This document shows positions 9,925 through 20,242 of a stretch of DNA of 64,000 nucleotides, one piece after another. Within the stretch, counting starts at the first letter, position 1; each line of letters begins with the position of its first letter. The position numbers and the translations under genes are program-made. Under the pieces are notes generated by a model. It was not told the origin of the DNA. It was given only the letters and a program-made list of their open reading frames with translations, and made no database searches. Source of the stretch: Polyangiaceae bacterium. Its GTDB lineage: Bacteria; Myxococcota_A; Polyangia; Polyangiales; Polyangiaceae. The stretch spans positions 1 to 64,000 of the forward strand of contig CBDCTZ010000014.1 in assembly GCA_965222375.1 (NCBI GenBank). Reading direction: 5' to 3'.

Positions 9925-10737
9925 ATGAAAACCAGACGAATTGATAGGTTGTTCAGGAGTTGGCTGATGCCGGCGGTCCTACTCGGAAGTCTGGCCACAG
10001 CGGGTTGCGGCGGACAGGACGACGCAACAACCGGCGTAGCGACGGACATGGCCGAACAGCCGTTCTCGTTGGAGTTTGACGCCTCGTCACGGTCGCTGCT
10101 CCAACTCGATGCCACCGGCGGAAGCATCTGGTTGCAAGGGCGCGCTGATATCGACACGGTGCGCGTCGAAGGTGTGCGCCGTGTGAGCGCCGCGAGCCTC
10201 GATCTGGCTGAGGCGCACTTGGAGGACATTGACATCCAGAGTGAGGCGGACGGTTCCGTATTGGGTCTTGCGACGAAACACCCAGCCAGCTCCGGTCAAC
10301 TCACCTACGCCGTCGACTACGAAGTCACTCTCCCACGAACCATGCTGATCGAGCTGCAGAATGGAAGCGGCAACGTTGGCGTGTTCAACATGGACAACTC
10401 GGTTTCTGTGGACACCGAGGCCGGCGAAGTCGTGCTGTGGGACGTCAGCGGCTCTGCTATGGTGGACGTGACAGAGGGATCGATCGCGGCGTCGCTGGAG
10501 TTGCCGGCGCGTGGCAAGGCACAGCTATCTGTGGGTCAGGGGCCGATTTGGCTTGGGATCCCGACGGACACCTCGGCGAAGCTGACCGCCCAGAGTAGCG
10601 AGGGCGTCATCAGTGTCGAGGTTCTGGAGATCGCTGGCGTTTCCAGCACGTGCAGCACCCTCGAAGCCACCCTCGGAACAGGTGAGGCTTCGATCACCCT
10701 CGACGCCTCGGAAAACATCTCGCTGACCGGATACTGA
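9925..10737 (+). CDS. DUF4097-like (putative adhesin) lipoprotein
   Basis: MKTRR...TAGC lipobox; VDYEVTLP and repeated beta-strand G-x-I/V motifs. Confidence 0.75.
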   Translation: MKTRRIDRLFRSWLMPAVLLGSLATAGCGGQDDATTGVATDMAEQPFSLEFDASSRSLLQLDATGGSIWLQGRADIDTVRVEGVRRVSAASLDLAEAHLEDIDIQSEADGSVLGLATKHPASSGQLTYAVDYEVTLPRTMLIELQNGSGNVGVFNMDNSVSVDTEAGEVVLWDVSGSAMVDVTEGSIAASLELPARGKAQLSVGQGPIWLGIPTDTSAKLTAQSSEGVISVEVLEIAGVSSTCSTLEATLGTGEASITLDASENISLTGY

Positions 10738-10773
10738 TCGCGATCCGTGGCACGGGGCGCTAGCCTGAAGGCG

Positions 10774-11790
10774 ATGAGGATTGACGGCGGTTCGGTCTCG
10801 ACGATTTCGAGTCGCGCGCTCATCGAGGCGTGCGAACGCTTGGACGTCGATACCGACGCCGTGCTGGGGGCTGCGGGTGTCGAACGCTCCGTGCTCGCCG
10901 ATGCCGACGCGCATCTGCCTTCTGCCAAGGTCGCCGCCTTGTGGGCCAAGGCCTACGAGGCTGCCGGCGACCCCGACTTGGCGCTACATGCCGCGGAGGC
11001 CTTGCCTTTCGGGGCCTGCGGGGTCATCGAGTTTCTAGCCTGGAATGCGCCTACGGTCGGACAGGCACTGACCCAGGTCTCGGATTACTTCCCGATCATC
11101 AACAACTCGGTCGCTCTACCTATCGATGTTGGCGACGACGAGGTCACGATCGGCTTCGAAGATCTCGCCGGCTGGGTGTCGAGGCCCTACGCCGAGTTTG
11201 CGCTGGCGGTGGTGGTTCTGCGAACTCGCGAAGCGACCAACGTGAGGTGGCCAATAGCCGAAATCGAGTTCGCGTTTCCGGCACCTTCGAGCATCGAAGA
11301 GCATCGGCGGATCTTCGACTGCCCGGTTCGGTTCGGCGGAACACGCACTCAGCTGCGGATCGACCGCAGCGTGTGGGACACGCCGACCACCCGCGCGGAT
11401 CCGAACCTATTCGCCGTGCTCGAGCAGCACGCTCGCAACTTGTTGGATAAGGTTGCCGACGAGCCGGGTACGACCGCTGCCGCGCGGCATGCGATTTCCG
11501 ATGCGCTCAAAGGTGGCGATCCCAGCCTCGAGGGCATTGCGAACAAGCTGAGCATGAGTCCACGCACGTTGCAGCGTCGGCTCAAGGAGGAGGGCTGGGT
11601 TTTCGCCGAGTTGCTCGACGAAATGCGAAAAGGTACGGCCCAGGGCTACTTGCAGCAGCCGAGCATCTCCCTCGCCGAAGTGGCCTACTTGCTCGGCTTT
11701 TCCGAACAGAGCTCCTTCACGCGCGCGTTCAAACGTTGGACCGGAGCGACACCGAGGCAGTTTCGGAAGAGCGTCCAACAGCGTGGCTAG
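10774..11790 (+). CDS. AraC family regulator (OruR/Arabinose_bd_2 type)
   Basis: MSPRTLQRRL, SLAEVAYLLGFSEQSSFTRAFKRWTGATP; start could be 10747. Confidence 0.93.
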   Translation: MRIDGGSVSTISSRALIEACERLDVDTDAVLGAAGVERSVLADADAHLPSAKVAALWAKAYEAAGDPDLALHAAEALPFGACGVIEFLAWNAPTVGQALTQVSDYFPIINNSVALPIDVGDDEVTIGFEDLAGWVSRPYAEFALAVVVLRTREATNVRWPIAEIEFAFPAPSSIEEHRRIFDCPVRFGGTRTQLRIDRSVWDTPTTRADPNLFAVLEQHARNLLDKVADEPGTTAAARHAISDALKGGDPSLEGIANKLSMSPRTLQRRLKEEGWVFAELLDEMRKGTAQGYLQQPSISLAEVAYLLGFSEQSSFTRAFKRWTGATPRQFRKSVQQRG

Positions 11791-11812
11791 CTTGCAGCCG
11801 TGGGTTCGGCGC

Positions 11813-12868
11813 TCAAGGGCAGGCGGCGTCGTTCACTTGGATTAGCGAGTCGTACCAGGCGGTCGGGATTGGTGACCCGTCCTTCAAGGTGTTGCACGAC
11901 GCCATCGACGTCTTCGAACCATTGGCGTAGATGAACAAGCCTTCGGGTTTGCCGCCCAAAACGTTGTTGCGGACTTCGCAGCTTGCCTGGGTGTGGCACC
12001 GGATGATGTACGTTCCAAAGTCATGGTCGAAATAGTTGGTGTCGAGAATCACCGTCAGCTTGCTTTGGCCGGATAGAAACAGCACGCCGTTGTCGCAACA
12101 GCCCGTGCGATTGTACTCCCACCAATTGCCGGTGACCGTGAGGGTGCCCGTCGTTACTTCGAAAGTTCCAACCTGCATCCCATCCGTGTGTGCCTCCGAC
12201 GCAGGCGCCTGACTATGAAACACCGAGTTTTTGATGACGCTGTTGCCCAAACCGCCGTCGATGAAGAACGAGTCGTCGCAGCCCGTGATCTCGACGCCGT
12301 CGACGCTGAAGTCCTTCGAAGACTCGAAGAACATGCCCTTGTCGGTGGTCCCGCCGCAGTCGATCTTCGAGCGCTCGATCTTGAAGCCGCTGGTGGTGTT
12401 GGTCTTGATCGGATAGCCATTCGTCGAGCAATTGACGGTGACGTTGCGCAGGGTCACGTTGTCGGCATTGACCGCGATGCAGCCGTTGATCGTCGCGTCT
12501 TCGAGGACGGTTCCCGGTTTGCCGATCACCTGATCGCCGCTCAGGGTTTGTTTGGGCGCCGAGGTTGGTCCAACTCGATTTCCAACGTCGCCGGGCGTGA
12601 CGTAGCCGTCCACGCTTGCCGCATCGGGCTTCGTGGTTGCATCCGACGACCCGCTGTCCGTCGAAGCTCCGCCCTCCTGATTCGCGCCGGCGTCCGAACT
12701 GGATCCGCTGCTTCCTCCGGAGCCTGGACCGCCAGAGCTTCCGCCCGCGCCCGCGCTGCCGCCGCTCGCGTCTTGTGCGTCGCTGCTGCTCGAACAGCTG
12801 AGAGACGCGCCAAGCGCGAAAGTCGTGACCAGCAGTTGCGTCGCCACCGCGTTCAGCCACGGGCGCAT
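11813..12868 (-). CDS. right-handed beta-helix lipoprotein
   Basis: SLSC lipobox, Gly/Ser linker, ADNVTLRN, AHTDGMQ beta-helix motifs. Confidence 0.8.
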   Translation of the reverse strand: MRPWLNAVATQLLVTTFALGASLSCSSSSDAQDASGGSAGAGGSSGGPGSGGSSGSSSDAGANQEGGASTDSGSSDATTKPDAASVDGYVTPGDVGNRVGPTSAPKQTLSGDQVIGKPGTVLEDATINGCIAVNADNVTLRNVTVNCSTNGYPIKTNTTSGFKIERSKIDCGGTTDKGMFFESSKDFSVDGVEITGCDDSFFIDGGLGNSVIKNSVFHSQAPASEAHTDGMQVGTFEVTTGTLTVTGNWWEYNRTGCCDNGVLFLSGQSKLTVILDTNYFDHDFGTYIIRCHTQASCEVRNNVLGGKPEGLFIYANGSKTSMASCNTLKDGSPIPTAWYDSLIQVNDAACP

Positions 12869-13012
12869 GTTGCCCCAGGCCCTAGTGTGAAACTCGCTAC
12901 CTCGGAGCAACATGCCTGGAGTGTACCGAAAGGTACCAGGAACGCTCTTACCAACGCTGCGCGCATTGGACTTTCTCGGTGGCCCGCGGTTGCCTGCTAT
13001 CTCGGCGCTGTC

Positions 13013-13350
13013 ATGACGAAGTCGCGCAATCTTCGGGCTTGGTGCTGGCTAGCCAGTCTTCTGGACACCTCCTGCAGCGGTGGTGGCGACAGCAGTAACC
13101 CGGCGACGGGCGGGTCGGCGGGCACGGGTGGAGGGATTTCGGGACCACCAGCGCAAGCGGAGATCAACATGCAGATACATGCCACGCCGAATGTCCCGAC
13201 GGGCAAACTGTGCATCGTTGGTGCTCACATCTCGGTGTTGGGCATACCGCCGCCGGACGAAACGGCGCCGGGGGGGCGTGTGGTTTGACGGTGAGAATGG
13301 AACGATCGTGCAGTGCAAGGTGGCTGAAGCCGGTCCTAACAAGCGCTACA
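13013..13350 (+). pseudogene. frameshifted, truncated lipoprotein remnant
   Basis: MTKS...TSCSGGG Gly linker...PGGRVV* then DGENGTIVQCKV in the next frame (shift ~13285). Confidence 0.5.
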
Positions 13351-13513
13351 AAAGACAAGTCTTTTGCGCGGCCGTGGCAGCCACGCGCATGGCTTGCGCG
13401 CAATGGCTGCGCTGGGACTCCTGCGCTTCCCCAAGACTGTCCCCTTCTCAAGGACTTACCGGATCGCGCAGTTTTGGCACAGCGAATGCACGATCAATAC
13501 TCGGAGGTCTATC

Positions 13514-13642
13514 ATGGCAGCCAAAACAAACAACGAAATTCCGAAGCTGCGGCCCACGCCGCTCACGTGGCTCTACATCGTGTTCGGGATCGCGGTTATC
13601 GTCTTCACGGTGTGGGGCATGGTGACCGCCGCCTCGCCGTGA
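13514..13642 (+). CDS. 42-aa single-TM small protein
   Basis: GGAGG RBS at 13503; MAAKTNNEIPKLRPTPLTWLYIVFGIAVIVFTVWGMVTAASP. Confidence 0.7.
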   Translation: MAAKTNNEIPKLRPTPLTWLYIVFGIAVIVFTVWGMVTAASP

Positions 13643-13679
13643 CTTCTGCAGTTGCCCTTAGGTGGGTGGCATCGCCACT

Positions 13680-14020
13680 GGCGATGATGCGGGTAATGGA
13701 TTCCGCCATCAAGGTGTCCCCGAACTGACTCAGAGCAGCCTTGCTCGTCGTGTACGCGCCAAAGCGCGGCGACGGCATGTGGGCGCCGGCGGTCAGCACG
13801 TTGGCGATGATGTATGACGCCTCCCCGCCCTCCGCATCAACGTCTTTCACCACGCGAACCAGCTCTTCTTCGTGCCGGGCCACGATTACGACTCTCTTCG
13901 CCGATTCCGTTCAGGGCGCATCAAGATGTGCACGCAACAGCCGCGCTCAAGCAACCTCTCGACGAGCTGTCTGCCGATGAGGCCTGGCGCTCCGGTAACG
14001 AAGGCTCGCTCAGTACTCAT
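13680..14020 (-). pseudogene. collapsed SDR (fatty acyl-CoA reductase-like) remnant
   Basis: MSTERAFVTGAPGLIGRQLVERLL (Rossmann TGxxGxIG) then stop; separate piece SPRFGAYTTSKAALSQF (YxxxK). Confidence 0.65.
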
Positions 14021-14260
14021 GCCCGACTCATCTGCTCTTTGGAAGCACTCGCGGAACGAGGCTCGTCCTCCTCTCGTCTTGACCCGAATTTGCCCGAGAG
14101 CACTACCCGTGCCAAGCAGCGGGTTTGGCTGTTACTGCACACCATGCACTTGGGCGATCGCGGAAGAAACGTTGAGCCTGGTACCAGGACGAACCAAGTG
14201 GTGGGCCGAGGCGCTCACACCGCGGAGGCGTCTGCTGAACGGACAGCTCAGCGCGCTCTG

Positions 14261-15058
14261 CTATTGACGACCGTCAGCTGTGTACTCAGCCGCCACCCGA
14301 GCGAAGTCCAGGCCGGAGACGATCCCGACCACTTCGTCTTCATCCACGATCACGGCGTGGTGCGCCTTTGTCGCGACGGCTTGTGCAGCGACGTGGTGAA
14401 CGACGCTGTTGGCGTGCACCACGATGAAGCGTCGGCTCATGACCCGATCCACCGTGTCTGACGTGAAGAAGGCGCGCGATTCCAGAGCCTGCACTTGAGA
14501 GAACAGCCCGACGGGCCAGATCTTCTCGTTGACCACCACCAATGCACTCGTGCCAACGGTCTTGAGTCGCTCGACGGTGTGCTCGATGGAGTCCGTGGCT
14601 TGCACAGCCTGGACCGGAGTGCTCATCAACGCCGAGACGTTTGATTCGACGCGTGCATCTGTGACCCAACTCATCACGTCGCGGGTGCTGAGCACTCCGT
14701 AGAGGTGCTCGCCTTTGGCTGCAAATACCCGGTGTAGCCGTCGGTCAGCCATTTGCGCTGCCGCCGCCTGGACCGTCTCGGTCTCAGGGTTCACCGTGAT
14801 TACGTCCTTATTGGCAACTTCGCGCACTTTTTTCGGGGGCAGTTTCAGCTGCAAACCCACGTCCGCGATGTCCACAGTGCCCGCGGCCAGGAGATCGGTC
14901 CGCGAAATGACAGCCGCAATCGGGTTGCCACCGTCGCTAACTGCAAGGGACGAGACTCCGTGCATGGCGAGGCGGTCGCGCGCTTCGTCGAGCGTGGCGC
15001 CCGCCGAAATGGTGAACACCGGTGTGGACATGTAGCGAGATACCAATATGTCGACCAT
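14261..15058 (-). CDS. CBS domain protein (four CBS motifs)
   Basis: VSRYMSTPV, VISRTDLL, GVLSTRDV, ALMSTPV, GIVSGLDF. Confidence 0.9.
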   Translation of the reverse strand: MVDILVSRYMSTPVFTISAGATLDEARDRLAMHGVSSLAVSDGGNPIAAVISRTDLLAAGTVDIADVGLQLKLPPKKVREVANKDVITVNPETETVQAAAAQMADRRLHRVFAAKGEHLYGVLSTRDVMSWVTDARVESNVSALMSTPVQAVQATDSIEHTVERLKTVGTSALVVVNEKIWPVGLFSQVQALESRAFFTSDTVDRVMSRRFIVVHANSVVHHVAAQAVATKAHHAVIVDEDEVVGIVSGLDFARVAAEYTADGRQ

Positions 15059-15661
15059 GAGCTAGCTCCCAGCAACAGGCGTTCCATGAGTTTTCGCGGC
15101 CAAAAGGCTTCCAGGCGCGTAATGGTTGCGCTCAGCCGTCATTTGCGTCCACGGATTGCTCTCATTCTTGGCCGAAGGTGCTAAAAATTGCAGATCTCCG
15201 ACGCGCTGACGCGCATGGCTCTGCGCTGAGAATCGAAACTTTTGGTGGGGTTCACATGGGCAACACTGTTACGCGGCACAACCGGCTCGAGGAGCCGCGA
15301 TGTCGCGGGGCACTGCCCGAGCCAGTCTGCCTCCAAGATCGTCGCGCCGACCGAGATTTCCGAAACCGAGTCGGTTCTGGAGTCTCCTCTTGGGCGAGAA
15401 GGGCACCGAGAACCTCGGTGGGGGCATCGAAACCGAGTACTTCGAGGAAAATTCGGAGGGGCTCGCTTGGCTCGGATTTGAAGGGCGCGTCTTCGGGTGA
15501 CGCGAGACTCGGCAGGCATTCCGCGCCGGGTGATGGAAATGAAAGGGTCGAACCCTTCAGGCCTCGAACAGTTCGCGCGTGTGGGGTCAGCTTCGAGTGA
15601 AGCGGGACTACATAACGGCTACCGGGCTCTGGGCTCCCCGGGTAAGCGTCGAGATCAAGGC

Positions 15662-16684
15662 TCAGTTGGGTTTGACGGTCAGCGAGACCAGCGCATCTTT
15701 GCAGGCGAAACTGCCGGGGCCGACGGTCTTCATGGTTCCAGTTTGGCCCGTGGAAGTCAACACGCCTCCAAAAAGGAATCCCGCTTCATCGCTCTGGCTC
15801 ACGTATCCGAACGTCGTGGTTCCCGCTGGGGGGCCGAAGTTCGTTTGCGCAATGGCGTCGTCGTAGGACTGGGAGAGCAGTACCATGTCGCCGGCCTCGC
15901 CGTTGACGGACGGGAAAACACTGGCGGAGTCACCGTCGCAGCCGACGCCTGACCAATCCCGAACCGGATCCGTGGTGGCCGCTCCTCGCAAGGCGGTCAG
16001 TACGGCCCAGCCGGGATGCCCTGTCGAATCGATGTTCAAGTCAAACGTGTGAGAGCTCGGCTCGTTCGGACCCGCCGTCCGGTAGAACACTGACTGAGCT
16101 AGGTCGTGGCCTGCGCCCTTCGGTCCGAAGGTCTGGCAGAACTTCGGGTTGTGCCAGACCGTGCAGTCGGCCTCCGTGGCGCAATCCGACGGGTTGCCGG
16201 TCTTGAAACACTCGGCCACCCGGGTCCAACCATCGACGAACAGCGGCAAGTCGTCGTCGGTGCGATGCAGGACCAAAATCAACAAGTCACCGGCCGCGCT
16301 TCCCGGAGGGTGATCGATGACGAGTCCTTGGCCGTCCATGTCGTGAACCACCGTCGTCGCGACATGCGTGATGCCGTTGGAGCCGCCGGTCCCGGTGCCG
16401 CCCGTACCGGCGCCGCCCGTACCGGCGCCGCCCGTACCGGAGCCGCCCGTGTTGGAGCCGCCCGTGTTGGAGCCGCCGGTCCCGGCGCCGCCCGTACCGG
16501 AGCCCCCGGCGCCACCTGGGCCACCGTCGTTCCCACCGGAAGCACCGCCGCTACTCGATTCCGGGTTGCCCGAACTCTCCGAGCCGCAGCTCGTGACGCC
16601 AAAGGCAAGGAGCGGTGCTGCAACCACCAGGGCGAACGGCGATCCGAGCATTCGTCGACAGCGATATTCCAGTGAGGCGCGCAT
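15662..16684 (-). CDS. lipoprotein with Gly linker
   Basis: VTSC lipobox, GGxGT repeats, GDLLILVL and duplicated beta-sandwich; start uncertain. Confidence 0.75.
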   Translation of the reverse strand: MRASLEYRCRRMLGSPFALVVAAPLLAFGVTSCGSESSGNPESSSGGASGGNDGGPGGAGGSGTGGAGTGGSNTGGSNTGGSGTGGAGTGGAGTGGTGTGGSNGITHVATTVVHDMDGQGLVIDHPPGSAAGDLLILVLHRTDDDLPLFVDGWTRVAECFKTGNPSDCATEADCTVWHNPKFCQTFGPKGAGHDLAQSVFYRTAGPNEPSSHTFDLNIDSTGHPGWAVLTALRGAATTDPVRDWSGVGCDGDSASVFPSVNGEAGDMVLLSQSYDDAIAQTNFGPPAGTTTFGYVSQSDEAGFLFGGVLTSTGQTGTMKTVGPGSFACKDALVSLTVKPN

Positions 16685-16937
16685 AGGTGAGACCGTAGCT
16701 CCTTCCGAAGGCAAGTGCGAGCCCTCGGACCCGAGCGCGCACCTTGGCCCTATCATGTTGCGGTGGACGCCAAAGTCCTTCGCACAAACGCGAGCCCGCC
16801 CGGCTGGCCCGTGGAGTCAAGATCGTAGCTGATGGTTCGCCGAGGCTGTACTCGATCTCGATGCTGGTGCCGCCTTGGGGGCCGAGGGTGAAGCCCAAGA
16901 AGCGTCCTTTTTTCTTCGGGCCGAGCAGTCCGTTCCG

Positions 16938-17636
16938 TTAGTATCTCACCACGAGGCTGCTGCTGATCGACCGAACTGCTTCCAGAAGCGCCCGTTCGAA
17001 GTTCTGCTCCAGATCCTCGGTCGCGGACTCGAGCAGATCGGCGCCAGCCGCGCCGTGTTTTGACGAGAAGTCGGGCGTGTTTTCGGCGCTGAAAGGAGCG
17101 TGACAGGCGACGCTCGCCGTCCGGAGATTCACGACGATGACCGCTCCGACGTAACTGCCAGGCTTGAAGTCGGCACCGTCGAGAGTGGGAGCTCTGCGAG
17201 ACTGCTCCTGAAAAAACGCGACATGTCCACGCAGCAATAGCTCATGGATGTGTGGGGCCGTGGAGCCTTTCACGCGGCCGGTTCGTCTCGCGTCGGCGAC
17301 GTGCCTCGTCACTGACGGGTTCATCCAGCGCCACGGATCGCTGGAACTCGGCGCCACACCTTTCAATGCGCGGCCCAAAGCCGGGGCGTCAAACCCATCG
17401 ATGGTCGTGCCGGTGACTTGTGGGTCGCGCTCTTTCTCGAGGGCTGCGTCGTTCCAGCGCTTAGTGCCGAGAGCGCCAGTTGGAAGCGCAGCGAGCGAGC
17501 GGTCGAGCGCGTCCATCGCCGCGGGCGCGCCCCGCACGGCGGCCTTTCGTCTCTCGTTGGTCAGCGCGCATGCCAACAACGCCGTACACTGCACGGCAAG
17601 CAGTAGTAACGCGGACGTGCGGTGCTCGACTTTCAT
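16938..17636 (-). CDS. hypothetical (lipo)protein
   Basis: 232 aa ORF with LLAC signal. Confidence 0.65.
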   Translation of the reverse strand: MKVEHRTSALLLLAVQCTALLACALTNERRKAAVRGAPAAMDALDRSLAALPTGALGTKRWNDAALEKERDPQVTGTTIDGFDAPALGRALKGVAPSSSDPWRWMNPSVTRHVADARRTGRVKGSTAPHIHELLLRGHVAFFQEQSRRAPTLDGADFKPGSYVGAVIVVNLRTASVACHAPFSAENTPDFSSKHGAAGADLLESATEDLEQNFERALLEAVRSISSSLVVRY

Positions 17637-17691
17637 GGGTCATTCTGGGGCGCTACCGCGTCCAGTGGGCGTGCGCCGGCAGCGTTCCGCC

Positions 17692-18159
17692 TCAACTCTC
17701 GACGCAAGCTCCAGCGGTACTGTCGGGCTTGGCCTTGCACTTCTTTTCATTCTTGCAAAGGTCGGAGCCCGCGCAGTCTTCGTCCTTCATGACGACGCAC
17801 GCCTTGTCGCTGAGCGAACACTTCCCGCGCTTCTTGCAGGCTTCGCTCCTCTTGCAGTCCTCCTCCTTGGTCGAGATGCAATTGCCGATCCCCCGGTGGT
17901 AGGTGCAGCCACCGCCGATCTTGCAGCGGTTGGTCTTGCGGCAAGCGGCATTGGCATCGGCTTGTGTCATGCAAACGGCGCCTTCGCCGCCGCGGTAGCA
18001 GACGAGCCCCGTCACGCAGGGGTTGCCACCCTTGGCCTGGGACATGCAGGATTCACCGGCGATGGCCGTTCCCTTTCCAGGCGACGAGCCGTCCGAGCCA
18101 CGGGATTTGCAGGCAACAACACTCAGTGCGATCAGAACGAAGAACCAGCCAGTGCGCAT
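17692..18159 (-). CDS. Cys-rich repeat lipoprotein
   Basis: VVAC lipobox; three DC-x2-S-x2-CK-x2-GxC repeats. Confidence 0.75.
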   Translation of the reverse strand: MRTGWFFVLIALSVVACKSRGSDGSSPGKGTAIAGESCMSQAKGGNPCVTGLVCYRGGEGAVCMTQADANAACRKTNRCKIGGGCTYHRGIGNCISTKEEDCKRSEACKKRGKCSLSDKACVVMKDEDCAGSDLCKNEKKCKAKPDSTAGACVES

Positions 18160-18285
18160 GCTTCATACCCTACACCAGCGCCGCCGCGAGCAGGCAGCGA
18201 GTTTCCTGCGTAAGGCCGTGAAAGACCCGCAACGCATGAGCAACGCCGCGGCGCCAGTGATTCCTAACTGCGCGGGGGATCCACC

Positions 18286-19335
18286 TTGAGCGAACGCCGC
18301 CGTGCACGCAGACGTTCCAGAGATCTCTTTGTCGCGTCGCCGTCGGTAGTCGACATCGCTGCCGCTGAGCTCGACGCTTCCGATGGTCCCGCGCCAGGAC
18401 TGCTTTGGAGCAGTGGGGCGCGTGACGAGCCGGTGTTCGCGCGTCAGGTGTTGGCAGGTGCAGTGGAACTCACTGCTTCGAGCCCGGACGAGCTATCGCT
18501 GGCGGTTTTTCAGTGGTTCGACGCCTCTTCTGCAGAGGCGATGCTGCGCGGTGAGGTGATCGTACACGTCAGCTGGCCAGAGTTTGGAGAGGGACGCACG
18601 CGTCGCCACGCGCCGTTCATGGCCGAAGCAGCGACGCTCTCGAACGCGATCGAAGCGCGACGTGTCGGGCGCGCGCGCAAGAAAGATGTCGTCCGCAGCG
18701 GCGGAGCGCCAACGAGCCTGTTGCAGGTGTTGGTGACCGGGCGTTGGCGCGCCTGCGTGAGCTGCGGACCGGCTCCGGGGAGCGATCCGTTGCTGGCGTG
18801 GCCGTCGCTGTTCCCAGCGGGCAGAGCAGCGGTGAGCGATCGTCCCGCTCCTTCGAGCGCGTTCCGCAAACTCGTCGAGGCCTTTGCCTGGCTGGGAACC
18901 CAACCCAACGAGGACGACCGGGTGCTGGATCTGGGTGCGGCGCCCGGAGGCTGGACGTGGGTTTGCGCACAACTCGGTGCCAAGGTGGTCGCGTACGATC
19001 GGGGAAAACTCGATCCAGCTCTCATGCAAAATCCGTTGGTCGAGCATCGGCGCGAGGATGCCTTCGCCGATCCGCCGATGCATGCGGCCACGTGGATGTT
19101 GTGCGACGTCATCGATGAGCCCGAGCGCGCAGCTGGGTTGGTCAACCAGGCCGCGAAGAGCGAGACGGTACGAGCGCTCGTCGTCACGCTGAAGCTCAAG
19201 CGCCCCATCAAGATCCGACGAGTCCGCGACATCATTGCCCAGCTACCGCACGACACGATGACCCTGCGCGTGAAGCACCTGGTCCACAACAAGTCGGAAG
19301 TCACGATCCTTGGCCGGCGTGGTCCCCCGGCATGA
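18286..19335 (+). CDS. rlmM: RlmM-like SAM-dependent rRNA 2'-O-methyltransferase
   Basis: APSSAFRKLVEA, DLGAAPGGWT, WMLCDV, TLKL, HLVHNKSEVT. Confidence 0.8.
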   Translation: MSERRRARRRSRDLFVASPSVVDIAAAELDASDGPAPGLLWSSGARDEPVFARQVLAGAVELTASSPDELSLAVFQWFDASSAEAMLRGEVIVHVSWPEFGEGRTRRHAPFMAEAATLSNAIEARRVGRARKKDVVRSGGAPTSLLQVLVTGRWRACVSCGPAPGSDPLLAWPSLFPAGRAAVSDRPAPSSAFRKLVEAFAWLGTQPNEDDRVLDLGAAPGGWTWVCAQLGAKVVAYDRGKLDPALMQNPLVEHRREDAFADPPMHAATWMLCDVIDEPERAAGLVNQAAKSETVRALVVTLKLKRPIKIRRVRDIIAQLPHDTMTLRVKHLVHNKSEVTILGRRGPPA

Positions 19336-19385
19336 TCTGCTCGAGGCCGCCCGCGCCGCTGACGCAGGGGACTCTCCGGCTGACT

Positions 19386-19495
19386 CGCCCGCTGGGTTGC
19401 GCTGGTGCGCGGCGGGACAGTGCGCTTCGCGTGATGGGTGGAGCGTTCTGCAGCTGACCGCGCAGTTGGTGCATCGCTCGCCGGCGAAGCTGCGG
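19386..19495 (+). pseudogene. decayed 3' half of a DUF559 gene
   Basis: Aligns by eye with ~28932-29045 (e.g. GCGCGGCGGGAC, GCGCAGTTGGTGC, TCGCTCGCCGGCG); reads RDGWSVLQLTAQLVHRSPA vs RDGWRVLRLPAQLVLRSPA, with 1-nt deletions. Confidence 0.75.
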
Positions 19496-19534
19496 TGGTG
19501 GTTTCCGGTGTTGCCGCGGCAACTCTGAATTCGG

Positions 19535-20242
19535 TCAGAGCCGGTACTCCCCAACGTCGTAGCTCAGAGCCAGGCCAACCATTCCGAATCCTCCGATGGC
19601 CGCCGGCCCGTCGGACTGTGGCTCTGCGGACAGGTAAGAAGGTATTTCGCACGAGCTTCCTCCCCAACCGCGACCGACCGCAGCAGCAAACACGGTCAGG
19701 CCCCAGCGGCCGTGTGCGCGAGCGTGGAAACCGATTTCAGCTCCCAATCCGGCTGTGGGCTTCTTCGGGCACACTGGCGCATCTCCGGGAGAGTGAATCG
19801 AGGCAGCTGACAGCCCGAAGTACCCCCCCGCCGCCGCGTCGAAGCCGCTGTGAACTTGAACGCCGAGCTCGACGGTCGTCACGTGGCTGGAACTCGGCGT
19901 GCCCCCGAACCGCGCATGGACGATCCGCGGTCCGAGTGCCACGGCTTCGCTAACGGGAAAGAATCCCTGAAGCCGCGCGCCACCACCGACCGAATTGAGT
20001 CGACCACACCCCAGGTCTGTCCCGGCGCATGTCGCCCATACTGGCGCCCCCCCCATCTCCAGTCGCATGATGGGTAGCAGTGGTTGTGGCTTCTCTACAT
20101 CGTAGCGGCGTGCGCGATATTGCGCCGTCGCCGTGGTGGTCGCCAACAAGAGAGGTGCGATCACGCCGAACCATCGGTGCACCGTCGCCGGTGCGCGGCC
20201 CGTCGCTGGGATCCCGCTGCGGGGCATGTGCGTCACTGGCAA
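19535..20242 (-). CDS. hypothetical secreted, beta-strand-rich protein
   Basis: Signal-like N-terminus and alternating beta strands; start uncertain. Confidence 0.55.
   Translation of the reverse strand: MPVTHMPRSGIPATGRAPATVHRWFGVIAPLLLATTTATAQYRARRYDVEKPQPLLPIMRLEMGGAPVWATCAGTDLGCGRLNSVGGGARLQGFFPVSEAVALGPRIVHARFGGTPSSSHVTTVELGVQVHSGFDAAAGGYFGLSAASIHSPGDAPVCPKKPTAGLGAEIGFHARAHGRWGLTVFAAAVGRGWGGSSCEIPSYLSAEPQSDGPAAIGGFGMVGLALSYDVGEYRL

Noticed and set aside
15240..15600. Possible decayed gene between the CBS gene and the lipoprotein
   Set aside because: Protein-like patches in several frames but no recognisable family
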